NCBI GenBank assembly: GCA_043821645.1
Contig: JBDRCO010000003.1
Location: 32,001 to 96,000 of the forward strand
From: Pseudomonadota bacterium
GTDB lineage: Bacteria > Myxococcota > JACRCW01 > JAFGSX01
Direction: 5' to 3'
Length of the DNA stretch: 64,000 bases
How positions within the stretch are numbered: position 1 is the first letter of the stretch; every line of letters starts with the position of its first letter. Of this stretch, positions 20,228 to 30,432 are shown piece after piece. The notes under the pieces are model-generated. The model did no database searches and was not told the origin of the DNA. It saw only the letters and a program-made list of their open reading frames with translations. A program made the translations under genes and the position numbers.

Positions 20228-21627
20228 CGCCGGTGTTCAGAGGCCGCGTGCGGCAGATCCACTTCGTGGGCATCGGTGGCATCGGCATGTCCGGCATCGC
20301 CGAGGTCCTGCTCAACCTCGGCTTCCAGGTCAGCGGCAGCGACCTGAGCCGCGGCGAGACCTGCGAGCGCCTGGCCCAGCTCGGTGCGACCATCTTCACA
20401 GGACACGACGCCGCCAACCTGGGCGAGGTCGACGTGGTGGTGACCTCGAGCGCGGTCCGGCCCACCAATCCCGAGGTGACCAGCGCGCACCAGCGTGGCA
20501 TTCCGGTCATTCCCCGTGCCGAAATGCTGGCCGAGCTGATGCGCCTGAAGCACGGTGTGGCCATTGCGGGCACGCATGGCAAGACCACCACCACCTCGCT
20601 GGTGGCGGCGATCCTGGGCCAGGCCGGCCTCGACCCCACCATCGTCATCGGTGGCAAGGTCAACGCCCTGGGCACCAATGCGCGGCTGGGGCAGGGCGAC
20701 TATCTGGTAGCCGAGGCGGATGAGTCCGACGGGAGCTTCTTGCACCTGTCCCCCACGGTCGCCGTCGTCACCAACATCGACCCCGAGCATCTGGATCACT
20801 GGACCGGCGGCTTGCCCGAGATCCTCGACGCCTTCACGGTCTTCGCCAACAAGGTGCCCTTCTTCGGGCTCGACGTGCTGTGCCTCGATCATCCGGGTGT
20901 GCAGGCCATCCTGCCACGCGTCACCCGTCGCCACGTCACCTACGGTCTGTCCCCCCAGGCCGACTATCGCGCCGAGAACATCCAGTTCGAGGGCCTCGGC
21001 ATGCGTTACACCGTGCTGCGGCGCGGTGAGGTGCTGGGGGAGATCCGGCTCAACATGGTCGGAGCGCACAACGTGCTCAACAGCCTCGCGGCCATCGCCG
21101 TGGCCGACGAGCTGGGCGCGCCCTTCGACGCCATGGCCCAGGGACTGGCGGGTTTCGGTGGTGTGGCCCGGCGCTTCTCCATCCTCGCCGATGACCGCGA
21201 CATCACCATCGTCGACGACTACGGTCACCATCCCGCCGAGATCCGGGCTGTCCTCGACGCTGCGCGCCGCGTGTACAGCGACCGGCACCTGCGCGTGCTG
21301 TTCCAGCCTCATCGCTACACCCGCACGCGCGACCTGATCGACGAGTTCGCCACCTGCTTCCACCTGGCCGAGAGCGTGGTGGTCACCGACATCTATGCAG
21401 CCAGCGAGGATGCGATCCCGGGCATCAGCGGCGAGAGCCTCGCCCGGGCCATTCGTGAGCGCGGCCATCGCGATGCCAGGTACTGCGCCTTCGACGCGCT
21501 GCTCGACGATACCGCGGCCCAGGTGCACGCCGGCGACGTGGTGTTCACCCTGGGTGCGGGCAACATCACCTCGATAGGTCCCAAGCTCGCGCGGCGGCTC
21601 AACCTGGCGGTGGCCCACCATGGCTAG
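20224..21627 (+). CDS. murC: UDP-MurNAc--L-Ala ligase
   Basis: [48 protein letters not shown]. Start 20224 or 20233. Confidence 0.97.
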   Translation: MTPVFRGRVRQIHFVGIGGIGMSGIAEVLLNLGFQVSGSDLSRGETCERLAQLGATIFTGHDAANLGEVDVVVTSSAVRPTNPEVTSAHQRGIPVIPRAEMLAELMRLKHGVAIAGTHGKTTTTSLVAAILGQAGLDPTIVIGGKVNALGTNARLGQGDYLVAEADESDGSFLHLSPTVAVVTNIDPEHLDHWTGGLPEILDAFTVFANKVPFFGLDVLCLDHPGVQAILPRVTRRHVTYGLSPQADYRAENIQFEGLGMRYTVLRRGEVLGEIRLNMVGAHNVLNSLAAIAVADELGAPFDAMAQGLAGFGGVARRFSILADDRDITIVDDYGHHPAEIRAVLDAARRVYSDRHLRVLFQPHRYTRTRDLIDEFATCFHLAESVVVTDIYAASEDAIPGISGESLARAIRERGHRDARYCAFDALLDDTAAQVHAGDVVFTLGAGNITSIGPKLARRLNLAVAHHG

Positions 21628-22450
21628 GACCCGAAGTTCGGCTCGAGTGGTCACGCGTGGGCGGCGGCTCGGCCGCGCCCGGGTGCGCCTGCTCGGCCTG
21701 CTCGTCCTGGCCTCGGGGGGCGTGGGCGCGGGTTATCTCGGGGTGCAGGTGCGGCATGCCTTGCAGCGTGGCGAGCTGCTCGCCATCGAGACCATCCAGG
21801 TGGAGGGTGCCAGGCTGGTCAAGCGATCCGAGTTGCTGGGCTACGCTGGCGTCGACGTTGGCACGGGTCTCTACGCCTTCGATCTGGACCGCGCCACCCG
21901 TGCGATCCAGGAACACCCCCTGGTTGCCAGCGCGCGCCTGGTGCGCCGCCCACCCCACGAACTTCGCCTGTTCGTCGTCGAGCAGAAACCCGTCGCATAC
22001 GTGGCTCTCGAGCACCTGTATGCGATGAACAGCAGCGGGCAGTTGTTTGCCCGTGCCGAGGTTCTGGGTGGCCTGGACCTGCCTGTGATCGTCGGTGTCG
22101 ACGCGGCGAGCATGGATCGTGACGAGGTTCCTGCCCCCCTTCGTACCGCACTGCAGGTGCTGGCGGCCTGGGATCGGTCGGGCCTCAAGCGCTCCGAGCT
22201 GGCGACCCTGCGGGCAGATCCCGCGCTGGGTGTGGACCTTCAGCTGATGGGGCCACTGCGCCACGTACACCTGGGCGTGCAGCGCTTCGAGACCAAGCTG
22301 GGCCAGCTGGTGCGCCTGCGAGCCGAGCTGGACCGGCGCGGAGTGCAGGCGAGCGAGGTGTTCATGACCGACGGTCCGGACCCCCGCCGCGTGGTGGTTC
22401 GCAGTGCTGCGGTGCCGGTGGCAACGGGGACCGTCGAGAAACCGACCTGA
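21620..22450 (+). CDS. ftsQ: Cell division protein FtsQ/DivIB
   Basis: TM helix plus POTRA domain ([17 protein letters not shown]); directly upstream of ftsA. Confidence 0.88.
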   Translation: MARTRSSARVVTRGRRLGRARVRLLGLLVLASGGVGAGYLGVQVRHALQRGELLAIETIQVEGARLVKRSELLGYAGVDVGTGLYAFDLDRATRAIQEHPLVASARLVRRPPHELRLFVVEQKPVAYVALEHLYAMNSSGQLFARAEVLGGLDLPVIVGVDAASMDRDEVPAPLRTALQVLAAWDRSGLKRSELATLRADPALGVDLQLMGPLRHVHLGVQRFETKLGQLVRLRAELDRRGVQASEVFMTDGPDPRRVVVRSAAVPVATGTVEKPT

Positions 22451-22504
22451 AGAATGATCGTGACCTGGTGAGGACACGGCGCTGACAAGAAAGGCTGGTG
22501 TGAG

Positions 22505-23740
22505 ATGGCAAAAAAGGGCGGAGGGCTGGTGGTCGGGCTCGATATCGGCACGACCAAGATCTGCGCGATCGTCGGCGAGGTGGGGGATGACGGTGTCGAC
22601 ATCGTCGGTATCGGCACCTTCCCCTCCAAGGGCCTCAAGAAGGGCGTGGTCATCAACATCGAGTCCACGGTCAACTCCATCAAGAAGGCCATCGATGAGG
22701 CCGAGTTGATGGCCGGCTGCGAGATCTCCTCGGTGTACTGCGGCATTGCTGGCTCGCACATCCGTGGCTTCAACTCGCACGGCATCGTGGCCATCAAGGA
22801 CAAGGAAGTGCGCGATTCTGACATCTCGCGCGTCATCGACGCTGCCTGCGCCGTGGCCATCCCGCCGGACCGCGAGGTCATCCACATCCTGCCGCAGGAA
22901 TACATCATCGACGACCAGGACGGCATCCGCGAACCCCTGGGTATGTGCGGCGTGCGCCTCGAGGCCAAGGTGCACATCGTCACCGGCGCCGTGGCCAGCG
23001 CCCAGAACATCATCAAGTGCGCCCAGCGTTGCGGGCTCAATGTGTCCGACATCGTGCTCGAACAGCTCGCCTCGGCCGAGGCCGTGCTGGCCGAGGACGA
23101 GAAGGAACTCGGCGTCGCCCTCGTCGACATCGGCGGCGGCACCACCGACATCGCCATCTTCAGCAGCGGTAGCATCGTGCACACCGGTGTGCTGGCCATC
23201 GCCGGCAACCATCTGACCCACGACATCGCGGTGGGTCTGCGCACGCCGGCCGACGAGGCCGAGCGTCTGAAGCAGCGCTATGGCTGCGCCATGAGCAGCA
23301 TGGTCGACAAGGAAGAGACCATCGAGGTGCCCAGCATCGGCGCCCGGCCCTCGCGCATCATGGGTCGCCAGATCCTGTGCGAGATCATCGAGCCGCGGGT
23401 CGAGGAGATCTTCGAGCTGGTCAAGCGCGAGATCGAGAAGACCGGCTACGAGGACCTGCTGGCCTCGGGTGTGGTCATCACCGGTGGCTCGACCCTGCTG
23501 CCAGGCATCGTGGAGCTGGCCGAGGAGGTCATCGGCATGCCCGTGCGGCGAGGCATCCCCAAGGGCGTCGGCGGGCTGGTTGACGTCGTCAAGAGCCCCA
23601 TGTTCGCCACGGGTGTGGGCCTGGTGCAGTACGGCAGCAAGCACATGGACAGACGCTTCATCAAGGTCAGGCAGGACGATGAAGGCGTGTACACCAAGGT
23701 CATGTCGCGCATGAAGGATTGGCTGGGCGGAGCCAGCTGA
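22505..23740 (+). CDS. ftsA: Cell division protein FtsA
   Basis: [29 protein letters not shown]-terminal amphipathic helix. Confidence 0.98.
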   Translation: MAKKGGGLVVGLDIGTTKICAIVGEVGDDGVDIVGIGTFPSKGLKKGVVINIESTVNSIKKAIDEAELMAGCEISSVYCGIAGSHIRGFNSHGIVAIKDKEVRDSDISRVIDAACAVAIPPDREVIHILPQEYIIDDQDGIREPLGMCGVRLEAKVHIVTGAVASAQNIIKCAQRCGLNVSDIVLEQLASAEAVLAEDEKELGVALVDIGGGTTDIAIFSSGSIVHTGVLAIAGNHLTHDIAVGLRTPADEAERLKQRYGCAMSSMVDKEETIEVPSIGARPSRIMGRQILCEIIEPRVEEIFELVKREIEKTGYEDLLASGVVITGGSTLLPGIVELAEEVIGMPVRRGIPKGVGGLVDVVKSPMFATGVGLVQYGSKHMDRRFIKVRQDDEGVYTKVMSRMKDWLGGAS

Positions 23741-23846
23741 GCTCGTCAAGACAACCTCTGGGGTCGGCATCGCAATCCCGCCAGCCGACCTCGACGGGGA
23801 TTCCCTCGAGGACACCAATCTGGCGGGCAACGACGTGGAGGACACG

Positions 23847-25028
23847 ATGCTGGAATTCGAGACCAACGGAATGGACACGCAGGCCAAGATCAAGGTCATC
23901 GGTGTGGGTGGCGGCGGTGGCAATGCCATCGAGACCATGATCACCAACCGCATGGCAGGGGTGGAGTTCGTCGCTGCCAACACGGATATCCAGGCCCTGG
24001 CCAAGAACAAGGCCCACATCAAGTTGCAGATCGGCGCCGAGCTCACCGCCGGCCTGGGTGCGGGTGCCAACCCCGAGGTGGGCCGGCAGGCCGCCCTCGA
24101 GGACCGCGAGCAGATCGAGGAACTGCTGCACGGCAGCGACATGGTCTTCGTCACGGCGGGCATGGGTGGTGGAACGGGCACCGGCGCCGCCCCGGTCATC
24201 GCCGAGATCGCACGCCATCTGGGGGCCCTGACCGTCGGCGTGGTGACCAAGCCCTTCTTCTTCGAGGGCAACCGTCGTCGTCGCCAGGCCGAGGAGGGTA
24301 TCGCCTCGCTCAAGCAGGCCGTGGATACCCTGATCACGATCCCCAACCAGCGGCTGCTGTCGATCACCGACCCGCAGACCACCATGCTCGACGCCTTCAA
24401 GAAGGCCGACGAGGTGCTGCTCAACGCAGTCCGCGGCATCAGCGACCTGATCACGGTCGATGGCCACATCAACGTCGACTTCGCCGACGTCCGCACCATC
24501 ATGCGCGAGCAGGGCATGGCGCTCATGGGGACAGGTCGTGCGGCCGGCGAGAAGCGCGCCATCGAGGCGGCGCACCAGGCCGTGTCGAGTCCCCTGCTCG
24601 AGGACGTGACCATCGACGGTGCCACCGGCATCCTCATCAACATCACCGGTGGCAGCAACCTGACCCTGCACGAGGTCAATGCTGCGGCGACCCTGATCCA
24701 GGAGGCCGCGCACGAAGACGCCAACATCATCTTCGGCTCCGTGATCAGCGAGAACATGCGCGACGAGGTGGTCATCACCGTCATCGCCACCGGCTTTGAC
24801 CGCAGCCCCACCCGGCGTGCCCAGAAGCCCGAGAGCAGCACCATCCCGACCGCATTGCGCGTCGAGGACCCGCGCGACATCCCGACCTACCTGCGCCGCA
24901 AGTGGGAGAAGACCAATCCCCCCATGCGCGTCGAGGAGAAGGGCCCCCTGGCCGTGCTGCCCGCGGTCGAGGACGACGAGTACGACATTCCGGCCTTCCT
25001 GCGCCGCTCGGCACAGAACGAGGGCTAG
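23847..25028 (+). CDS. ftsZ: Cell division protein FtsZ
   Basis: [16 protein letters not shown] tubulin signature, INVDFADV, C-terminal [16 protein letters not shown] before ATG 23847. Confidence 0.99.
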   Translation: MLEFETNGMDTQAKIKVIGVGGGGGNAIETMITNRMAGVEFVAANTDIQALAKNKAHIKLQIGAELTAGLGAGANPEVGRQAALEDREQIEELLHGSDMVFVTAGMGGGTGTGAAPVIAEIARHLGALTVGVVTKPFFFEGNRRRRQAEEGIASLKQAVDTLITIPNQRLLSITDPQTTMLDAFKKADEVLLNAVRGISDLITVDGHINVDFADVRTIMREQGMALMGTGRAAGEKRAIEAAHQAVSSPLLEDVTIDGATGILINITGGSNLTLHEVNAAATLIQEAAHEDANIIFGSVISENMRDEVVITVIATGFDRSPTRRAQKPESSTIPTALRVEDPRDIPTYLRRKWEKTNPPMRVEEKGPLAVLPAVEDDEYDIPAFLRRSAQNEG

Positions 25029-25109
25029 TGCCCGGCGGGGTGAAGCGCTGCGGCACCTCCGGGGCCGGAGCGCGAGGGGCCAGCCCGACTGGCCCCTGGA
25101 AAGGATCGC

Positions 25110-25349
25110 ATGCCACAGGCACATGTGAGTGGACGCGGGCCCTCGCCAGAGTCCCAGGTCGAGACGGCGGAGGTCGAGAACCCGGTGGTCGCGTGGCTAC
25201 GCTCGGGCCGCCGCAAACGGCGCCTGGCTGCCGGGCTTCAGCTCGATCTGCCGCTCAGCGCGCAGCGCAGGGCGAGGGTGTCGAGTGACGGCGATGCGGA
25301 CGGTGTCGTCGAGGTCACCGCAAGCGGCGGCTGGCAGTTGCGCGGCTAG
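25110..25349 (+). CDS. Small hypothetical protein (79 aa) with a QLDLPL motif
   Basis: AAGGA RBS-like sequence just upstream of the ATG; mostly G/C third codon positions; no recognisable family. Confidence 0.4.
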   Translation: MPQAHVSGRGPSPESQVETAEVENPVVAWLRSGRRKRRLAAGLQLDLPLSAQRRARVSSDGDADGVVEVTASGGWQLRG

Positions 25350-25581
25350 CGCGCCGGGAGCCCTGCGCGGCGAACACACAGGAGCGGACACCAGCCCCGA
25401 CCGCGCTCAGCGTCGAAGTCCTTGTCTCTCCCGTTGCTGCGCACAGGTGCATCCCGGGCGAAGGCCGGGCCCAGGCGGTGCCCTGGCGCTCCTGCCAAAA
25501 CGCTTTTGTACTGCGAAGGGATGTGTAGAATCCTGGCGACCTGTGCACTCTGATATTCACCCACCACGAATGGGAGACTTC

Positions 25582-26067
25582 ATGCGCCGAATGCTCGTCT
25601 CGTTGACTGCGCTGTGTCTCGTGGTCCTTTCCTCGGCCTGTGCGACGACGACCACCATCAAGACGGATCCTCCGGGCGGCGTGGTTTTCGACGAGAACGG
25701 AAACCAGCTGGGAGCGACTCCCTACGAGTACACCTCCAAGACCTGGAAGACCGACCAGGACAAGCTGGTCATCAAGAAGTCTGGATTCAAGGATCAGGTC
25801 CTGTTGCTCGAACGCAGTGACGTGGCCGTGGGCCCGCTGGTCGGTGCCATCGCGATGATCTGCTGCGGTGTGCCGTTTCTGTCGACGGTCGTCATCGGCG
25901 GCGGTCTGATCGCCGGGGGCATCGTCGTGATCCTCGCCGGAGGCTTCAACTACCCCGCAGAAACCGTGGTCGTCATGAAGCCTGCCGCGGATGCCAGCCC
26001 CGACCCGGCACCGCTGGTGCCGCCCGCGATCAAGGAAGATGAAGTGCCGCTCAGCCTGCTCTTCTGA
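25582..26067 (+). CDS. Lipoprotein with PEGA-like domain and C-terminal hydrophobic hairpin
   Basis: Lipobox LSSAC, IKTDPPGG..LGATP PEGA-like pattern, two hydrophobic segments. Confidence 0.7.
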   Translation: MRRMLVSLTALCLVVLSSACATTTTIKTDPPGGVVFDENGNQLGATPYEYTSKTWKTDQDKLVIKKSGFKDQVLLLERSDVAVGPLVGAIAMICCGVPFLSTVVIGGGLIAGGIVVILAGGFNYPAETVVVMKPAADASPDPAPLVPPAIKEDEVPLSLLF

Positions 26068-26265
26068 TCACCAGCCGACCGAACGTCGTGGTCGCCTGTG
26101 GGTCCAGGTTCTCCAGCTGACCCGCCCCTGGAAAACCTTTCGCCCGCCCGCGGCTGCTTGCCCGGCGGACCGCGCCTTGCGCCTGATCCAGGGTGCGGGA
26201 CCTTGGCCGGATCGTATAAGACATCTCCTGGCGATTGTTCACGCACAAGACCCCAGGACGTCACC

Positions 26266-28890
26266 ATGAGACTGCTGCGGCCCGGCCCCTTGCATCGCGT
26301 GCCTGTGCTGGTCGCGCTGGCAGGCCTGGGGCGCTGCACATGTGGGGACGCCGTCGTCGTCGAGGACGCGGCCGTGACCGATGGCTCCGCCTTGCAGGAC
26401 GCCGCAGGGACGGATGCTGGCCTGCAGGCCGACACCGCCCGCTTCGACGTGGCGCGCCGACCAGATGCGACCTCGGGCGACAGTGCACTGCCAGACGCCG
26501 CTCTTCCCCCGCCCAGCCTCGTCGTGCAACTGGATTCCGAGCTGTCCGACCGCGTGCGCGCACGCCTGATCGACCTGCTGCAGCAGGCGTCGCCACGCCC
26601 TCTGCGGGTGGTCGACGACCCAGGACCGTTCACCGGACAGGGAGACTGCTGGATCATCGCCATGGGCGACGTATGGGCTGTGCGCCAGCTGCTGCCGGCC
26701 GCGGAGGTCGCAGCCCTGGGTAGCGAGGGATTCGTACTGCGGTCAGGGGACATCAACGGCTGCGCTGCCCTCGTGGGCGACGGCAATGCGCTGCAGCCCG
26801 ATCCCTTTGGCCATGCACCGCTGGGCCTTGTCTACGCGGCCTATGCAGCGCTCGAGCTGCTGGGCTACGGTTTCCTGCATCCCCTGGCTCCGGTGACGCC
26901 GGAGAGCTTTGACCTGGGTGCGGTCCTCATCGACCGTACCGAGGCACCGCACTGGCCTGTGCGTGGCTTGCAGATCCACACCATGCATCCCCTCGAGCTG
27001 ACGGATCTGCTGCAGGGCTTCGGGATCACCGGGCCCGACGACGCCCTGGGCTTCGAGGCCATGCTCCCCGAGTGGGAGAGGGTGGCCGAGTGGCTGGTGG
27101 CCAATCGCCAGAACCGGGTGCACTGGCCCCTGCTCGAGGCGACGCCCTGGCAGGACTTCTCTCGTGGGCCGATTCGCCAGCAGCGCCTGGCGACCTTGGT
27201 CGAGCTGGCCCAGGACTACGGTGTGGCGGTGGGTGCAGACGCGCCTGTGGCCCTGCAGCAGCAGCACACCTTCCGCCTGCTGCGCTCGAGCGGCAGCCTC
27301 GACGACGAGAAGGCCGAGATCCGCAGCAGCCTCGACTGGCTCATGGGCGCGGGCTTTGACTACCTGGCCACCGAGAATGGCTCGACCGAGTTCACCCACC
27401 CGGATCCGGATCGCATGCTGGCCTGGCTCGACGAGGTGGCGCGCTACCTCGATGAACAGTACGGCAAGCCCGCTGTGATCAAGGTGCACTGCTCGCAGGG
27501 TCAGGTGGCGGACGGCTATCTCGACCAGGATACCGGTGAGCCCCTCAACTTCAACTTCCTGCCGGCGTACGCGGATCCTCGCCTGGGCGTGGCACCGCAC
27601 AGCGTGCAGATCTACGGCCTCGACGACCCAGCGCCCACTTATGGCAACACCGACTTCGGTTACATGCGGACCTTCATGCAGCAGCAGGCCGGTCGCCGCA
27701 CCGTGCTGTGGCATCCGGAGACCGCCTACTGGGTCAGCTACGACGTGGACGTGCCGCTCTTCCTGCCGGTCTACGCGTATCGCCGTGTGCACGACCTGCG
27801 CCTCATTGCGGACGACGAGGCGCAGGGTCGCACCGGACGCGGCGAGCACGCGGGCGCCCACATCGACGGACAGCTCACCTTCAGCAGTGGCTGGGAGTGG
27901 GGGAACTGGCTCAACGACGTCGTCACGGCGCGGGCCGCCTGGGATCCGCACACCGCGGCTACCGACGATGCAACGGCCCTGCACGAGATCCTGGGCGAGG
28001 TGCTGGCACCCTTTGGTGAGGCGCGGGGCGATCTGGCCTCGGTGCTTGTCGACACGGCCACGACGCAGCACGCGCTCCTGGTGCTCGGGCGCGTGCAGGG
28101 CCAGGACCCGGTGGCCATCGAGCGACGCAGTGGCATGGCGTACCTGCAGGGTTTCGATGCCTGGGACGACGTCATGGACCTTGGACAAGGCCTGCCCCTG
28201 GTGGGTCACATCACGACCCAGCCCGACAAGCTGGGCCTGGTCGAGATGCGCAATCCGCTCCATGCACCGCCTTCCTACAGCAATGAGCTGAAGCCCCTGT
28301 TCGAGGAGATGCAGCGCACCCTGAGCGAACTTGCGGACCGCTATGTGCCTTTGATCCCGCTCGCCGCGGCCCCGAGCATCGAACTGATCGAGGACCTGGG
28401 CGATGCTTCGCGCATCACGGCGCTGCGGGCGACCCAGATCGAGAACTTGTACGCCTTCGTGGCCGACGACCCCAATCCCCTGCGCCAGGCCGAGGCCGCT
28501 GCCTCCCTCGAACGCGCACGCGCGGCCCTCGACGCTGCGCAGGCGCTGGTCGCGGCGCGGGAACCCCACTACAGGGTGCATGCCGACCGCGCGGCCGGCT
28601 GGTACCCCGGCCCAACCGCCTACGCCTACCGCTACCTGTGGACCGTGCGCACGCTTCTGTACTGGTGGCGTGATGAGCACAAGGCGGTGAATGCACCGAC
28701 CAACCCCTGCACCCTCAACATCGTCAACCCGGCGACCGTGGGCCTGGGCGAGGGCGTCTATGCCGATGCTGCGCGCCTGGCGCAGGATCTCGTCGACAGC
28801 GTGCCGCTGGTCGGCAGTCTGTCCGAGTGCCTCGCCGAGCCTGGCACGGAGCCTGTGATGCCTCCCGCTGGCTTGCGCGACACTCCCTGA
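26266..28890 (+). CDS. Large secreted or lipid-anchored hypothetical protein, possibly glycoside-hydrolase-like
   Basis: Signal-like N-terminus with Cys, Asp/Ala-rich linker, SEGFVLRS..AAYAALELLG..P.WPVRG pattern reminiscent of GH20/GH67 N-terminal domains; strong host codon bias. Confidence 0.6.
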   Translation: MRLLRPGPLHRVPVLVALAGLGRCTCGDAVVVEDAAVTDGSALQDAAGTDAGLQADTARFDVARRPDATSGDSALPDAALPPPSLVVQLDSELSDRVRARLIDLLQQASPRPLRVVDDPGPFTGQGDCWIIAMGDVWAVRQLLPAAEVAALGSEGFVLRSGDINGCAALVGDGNALQPDPFGHAPLGLVYAAYAALELLGYGFLHPLAPVTPESFDLGAVLIDRTEAPHWPVRGLQIHTMHPLELTDLLQGFGITGPDDALGFEAMLPEWERVAEWLVANRQNRVHWPLLEATPWQDFSRGPIRQQRLATLVELAQDYGVAVGADAPVALQQQHTFRLLRSSGSLDDEKAEIRSSLDWLMGAGFDYLATENGSTEFTHPDPDRMLAWLDEVARYLDEQYGKPAVIKVHCSQGQVADGYLDQDTGEPLNFNFLPAYADPRLGVAPHSVQIYGLDDPAPTYGNTDFGYMRTFMQQQAGRRTVLWHPETAYWVSYDVDVPLFLPVYAYRRVHDLRLIADDEAQGRTGRGEHAGAHIDGQLTFSSGWEWGNWLNDVVTARAAWDPHTAATDDATALHEILGEVLAPFGEARGDLASVLVDTATTQHALLVLGRVQGQDPVAIERRSGMAYLQGFDAWDDVMDLGQGLPLVGHITTQPDKLGLVEMRNPLHAPPSYSNELKPLFEEMQRTLSELADRYVPLIPLAAAPSIELIEDLGDASRITALRATQIENLYAFVADDPNPLRQAEAAASLERARAALDAAQALVAAREPHYRVHADRAAGWYPGPTAYAYRYLWTVRTLLYWWRDEHKAVNAPTNPCTLNIVNPATVGLGEGVYADAARLAQDLVDSVPLVGSLSECLAEPGTEPVMPPAGLRDTP

Positions 28891-28916
28891 GAAAAAATCC
28901 CGCGCGGCGCGCATTT

Positions 28917-29140
28917 GGGTGAAACGTGCTGGGTGAAACGTGCCTGGGCACATTTCCAAGGGCGCTGGAACGCGGAGACCGACCTGTCCACGCTGGACGA
29001 CGGCGGGGAGACCACAGCGGGTTCACCAGGGCAAGGTCCGGCTGGCCCCTGCCCGGGTGAAACGTGCCACCAACCTTCCCCTGCCGGGTGAAACGTGCCA
29101 CCAACCTTCCCCTGCGGTGAAACGTGCCACCAACCTTCCC
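28917..29140 (+). repeat. Left cluster of REP-like motifs
   Basis: GGGTGAAACGTGC twice (28917, 28931; the second extends into the hairpin GAAACGTGCC-TG-GGCACATTTC), then three tandem GGTGAAACGTGCCACCAACCTTCCC at 29056, 29087 and 29116. Confidence 0.9.
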
Positions 29141-29234
29141 TGACTCTTTGGCGCTTTTTGCATCAGACTGTTTCAAATTGCGGCAGGTTTGCCCGGATGC
29201 GGCGAAAAATTACCTTATTATCCCATGATGCGGC

Positions 29235-29250
29235 TGGCCCATCGCTTGCT
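29235..29250 (+). promoter_or_regulatory. Sigma-54 (-24/-12) promoter-like element
   Basis: TGGCCC-ATCGC-TTGCT has the canonical GG-N10-GC spacing and ends 12 bp before ATG 29263. Confidence 0.6.
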
Positions 29251-29262
29251 TCATGCGTGCCC

Positions 29263-30177
29263 ATGGGCCGTGCAATCCGCATCATCGAGCCCCAGCGGCT
29301 TTATTTCGTGACCAACCGAACCCAGCAGGGTCGGCTCCTTCTCGCCCCCTCGCGCGAGGTGAACGATCTCATTGGTGGTGTCCTGGGCCGCGCACTATCG
29401 CTCTTTGAAGTCGAAATCTTCGCCTTTGTTTTCATGTCCAATCACTTTCACCTGATCGTTCGCGCAAACGAAGGGCAGCTCTCACCCTTCATGTCTCACC
29501 TGCAGGGAAACATCGCACGCGAGCTTGGGCGCCTCATTCACTGGAGAGGCGCATTCTGGGAGCGCCGCTACTCGGCCGAACCCATTCTTGACGACGAGTC
29601 CTATGAATCACGGCTGGCCTACCTGCTCTCGCATGGGGTGAAAGAGGGGCTTGTCGAGAAGGCCCGACAATGGCCAGGCCTCAGTTGCCTGCCCGAGCTC
29701 ACCGGCAGCTCTCCCAGGAGTTTTCCGTGGATACATCGAGCGGAGCTATGTCGTCGTCGCGAGAAGAAACCGGAGCTGTGCGAGCGTTCTTGCACGACGC
29801 TCTACCCTGTACCGCTATCCGTCGCCCCCGCATGGGCAAGGATGAGCCAGGACCTTCGTTGCGAACGAGTGAAGTCGCTGGTTCGCGACGGCGAGAAGAA
29901 GGCAAGCGAGCAACGCGCGGGTCGTGCTGTGCTCGGAGTGAAGCATCTGCGAAGGCAGCGCCCTCATCACCGGCCCCGGCAAGTAAAACGCTCCCGGCGC
30001 CCACTCTGCCATGCGGCGACACGCAGTGCTCGTCAGGAATACAGGCAACTCTACCTGCGTACAGTCGCCGTGTATCGTGACTGCTCCCATCGCTTTCGTT
30101 CAGGTGAGTTCGGTATCGAGTTCCCAAAGTACTGTTACAGGCCACCCTTGCATTACAGCAGCGAGAGACCGACTTGA
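29263..30177 (+). mobile_element. HUH/Y1 single-strand nuclease-transposase (RAYT/TnpA-REP-like, IS200 superfamily)
   Basis: YFVTNRT, MSNHFHLI (HUH), FWERRY, LAYLLSHGVKEGLV (catalytic Tyr region), WPGLS; no tnpB nearby; flanked by inverted REP-like motifs. Confidence 0.9.
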
Positions 30178-30418
30178 CCGACACCTTTCTTCTGCCAGGG
30201 TACACCGATAGTTCAGCTTGTCTTTCCTGACAATTTATTCCTGCAATCGCCGCGCGTCTGGGTCGATTGCCAACCTCCGCATCCCATAAAATGCAGCACA
30301 TATTTGTCCGTTGCGCAAACAAGGAGGGGAAGTGGCACTTCGTTGGAAAATGCATCAGCAGGATGGGATAGGTGGCTGATGGAGTAAAGCGGCTGGGGTA
30401 GGTGGCTGGCACCTTTCC
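30175..30418 (-). repeat. REP-like motifs downstream of the nuclease, inverted relative to the left cluster
   Basis: TGACCGACACCTTTC (30175-30189, overlaps the stop), GGGGAAGTGGCACTTC (30326-30341), GGGATAGGTGGCTG (30365-30378), GGGGTAGGTGGCTGGCACCTTTCC (30395-30418). Confidence 0.8.
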
Positions 30419-30432
30419 TGGGGCTCTCGACG

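Noticed and set aside
21599-24880. 1093-aa minus-strand ORF, and similar long antisense ORFs such as 26743-28959, 35904-37655, 41214-43022 and 42881-45076
   Set aside because: They overlap well-supported genes on the opposite strand and are typical stop-poor shadows in high-GC DNA.
29149-29162. Second sigma-54-like element TGGCGCTTTTTGCA (and TGGCATCATGTCGC near 35347)
   Set aside because: GG-to-GC spacing is wrong, and sigma-54 spacing is strict.
29263-30177. IS605/TnpB or IscB RNA-guided element
   Set aside because: No RuvC-containing ORF is adjacent, and the 250 bp downstream is occupied by motif copies.
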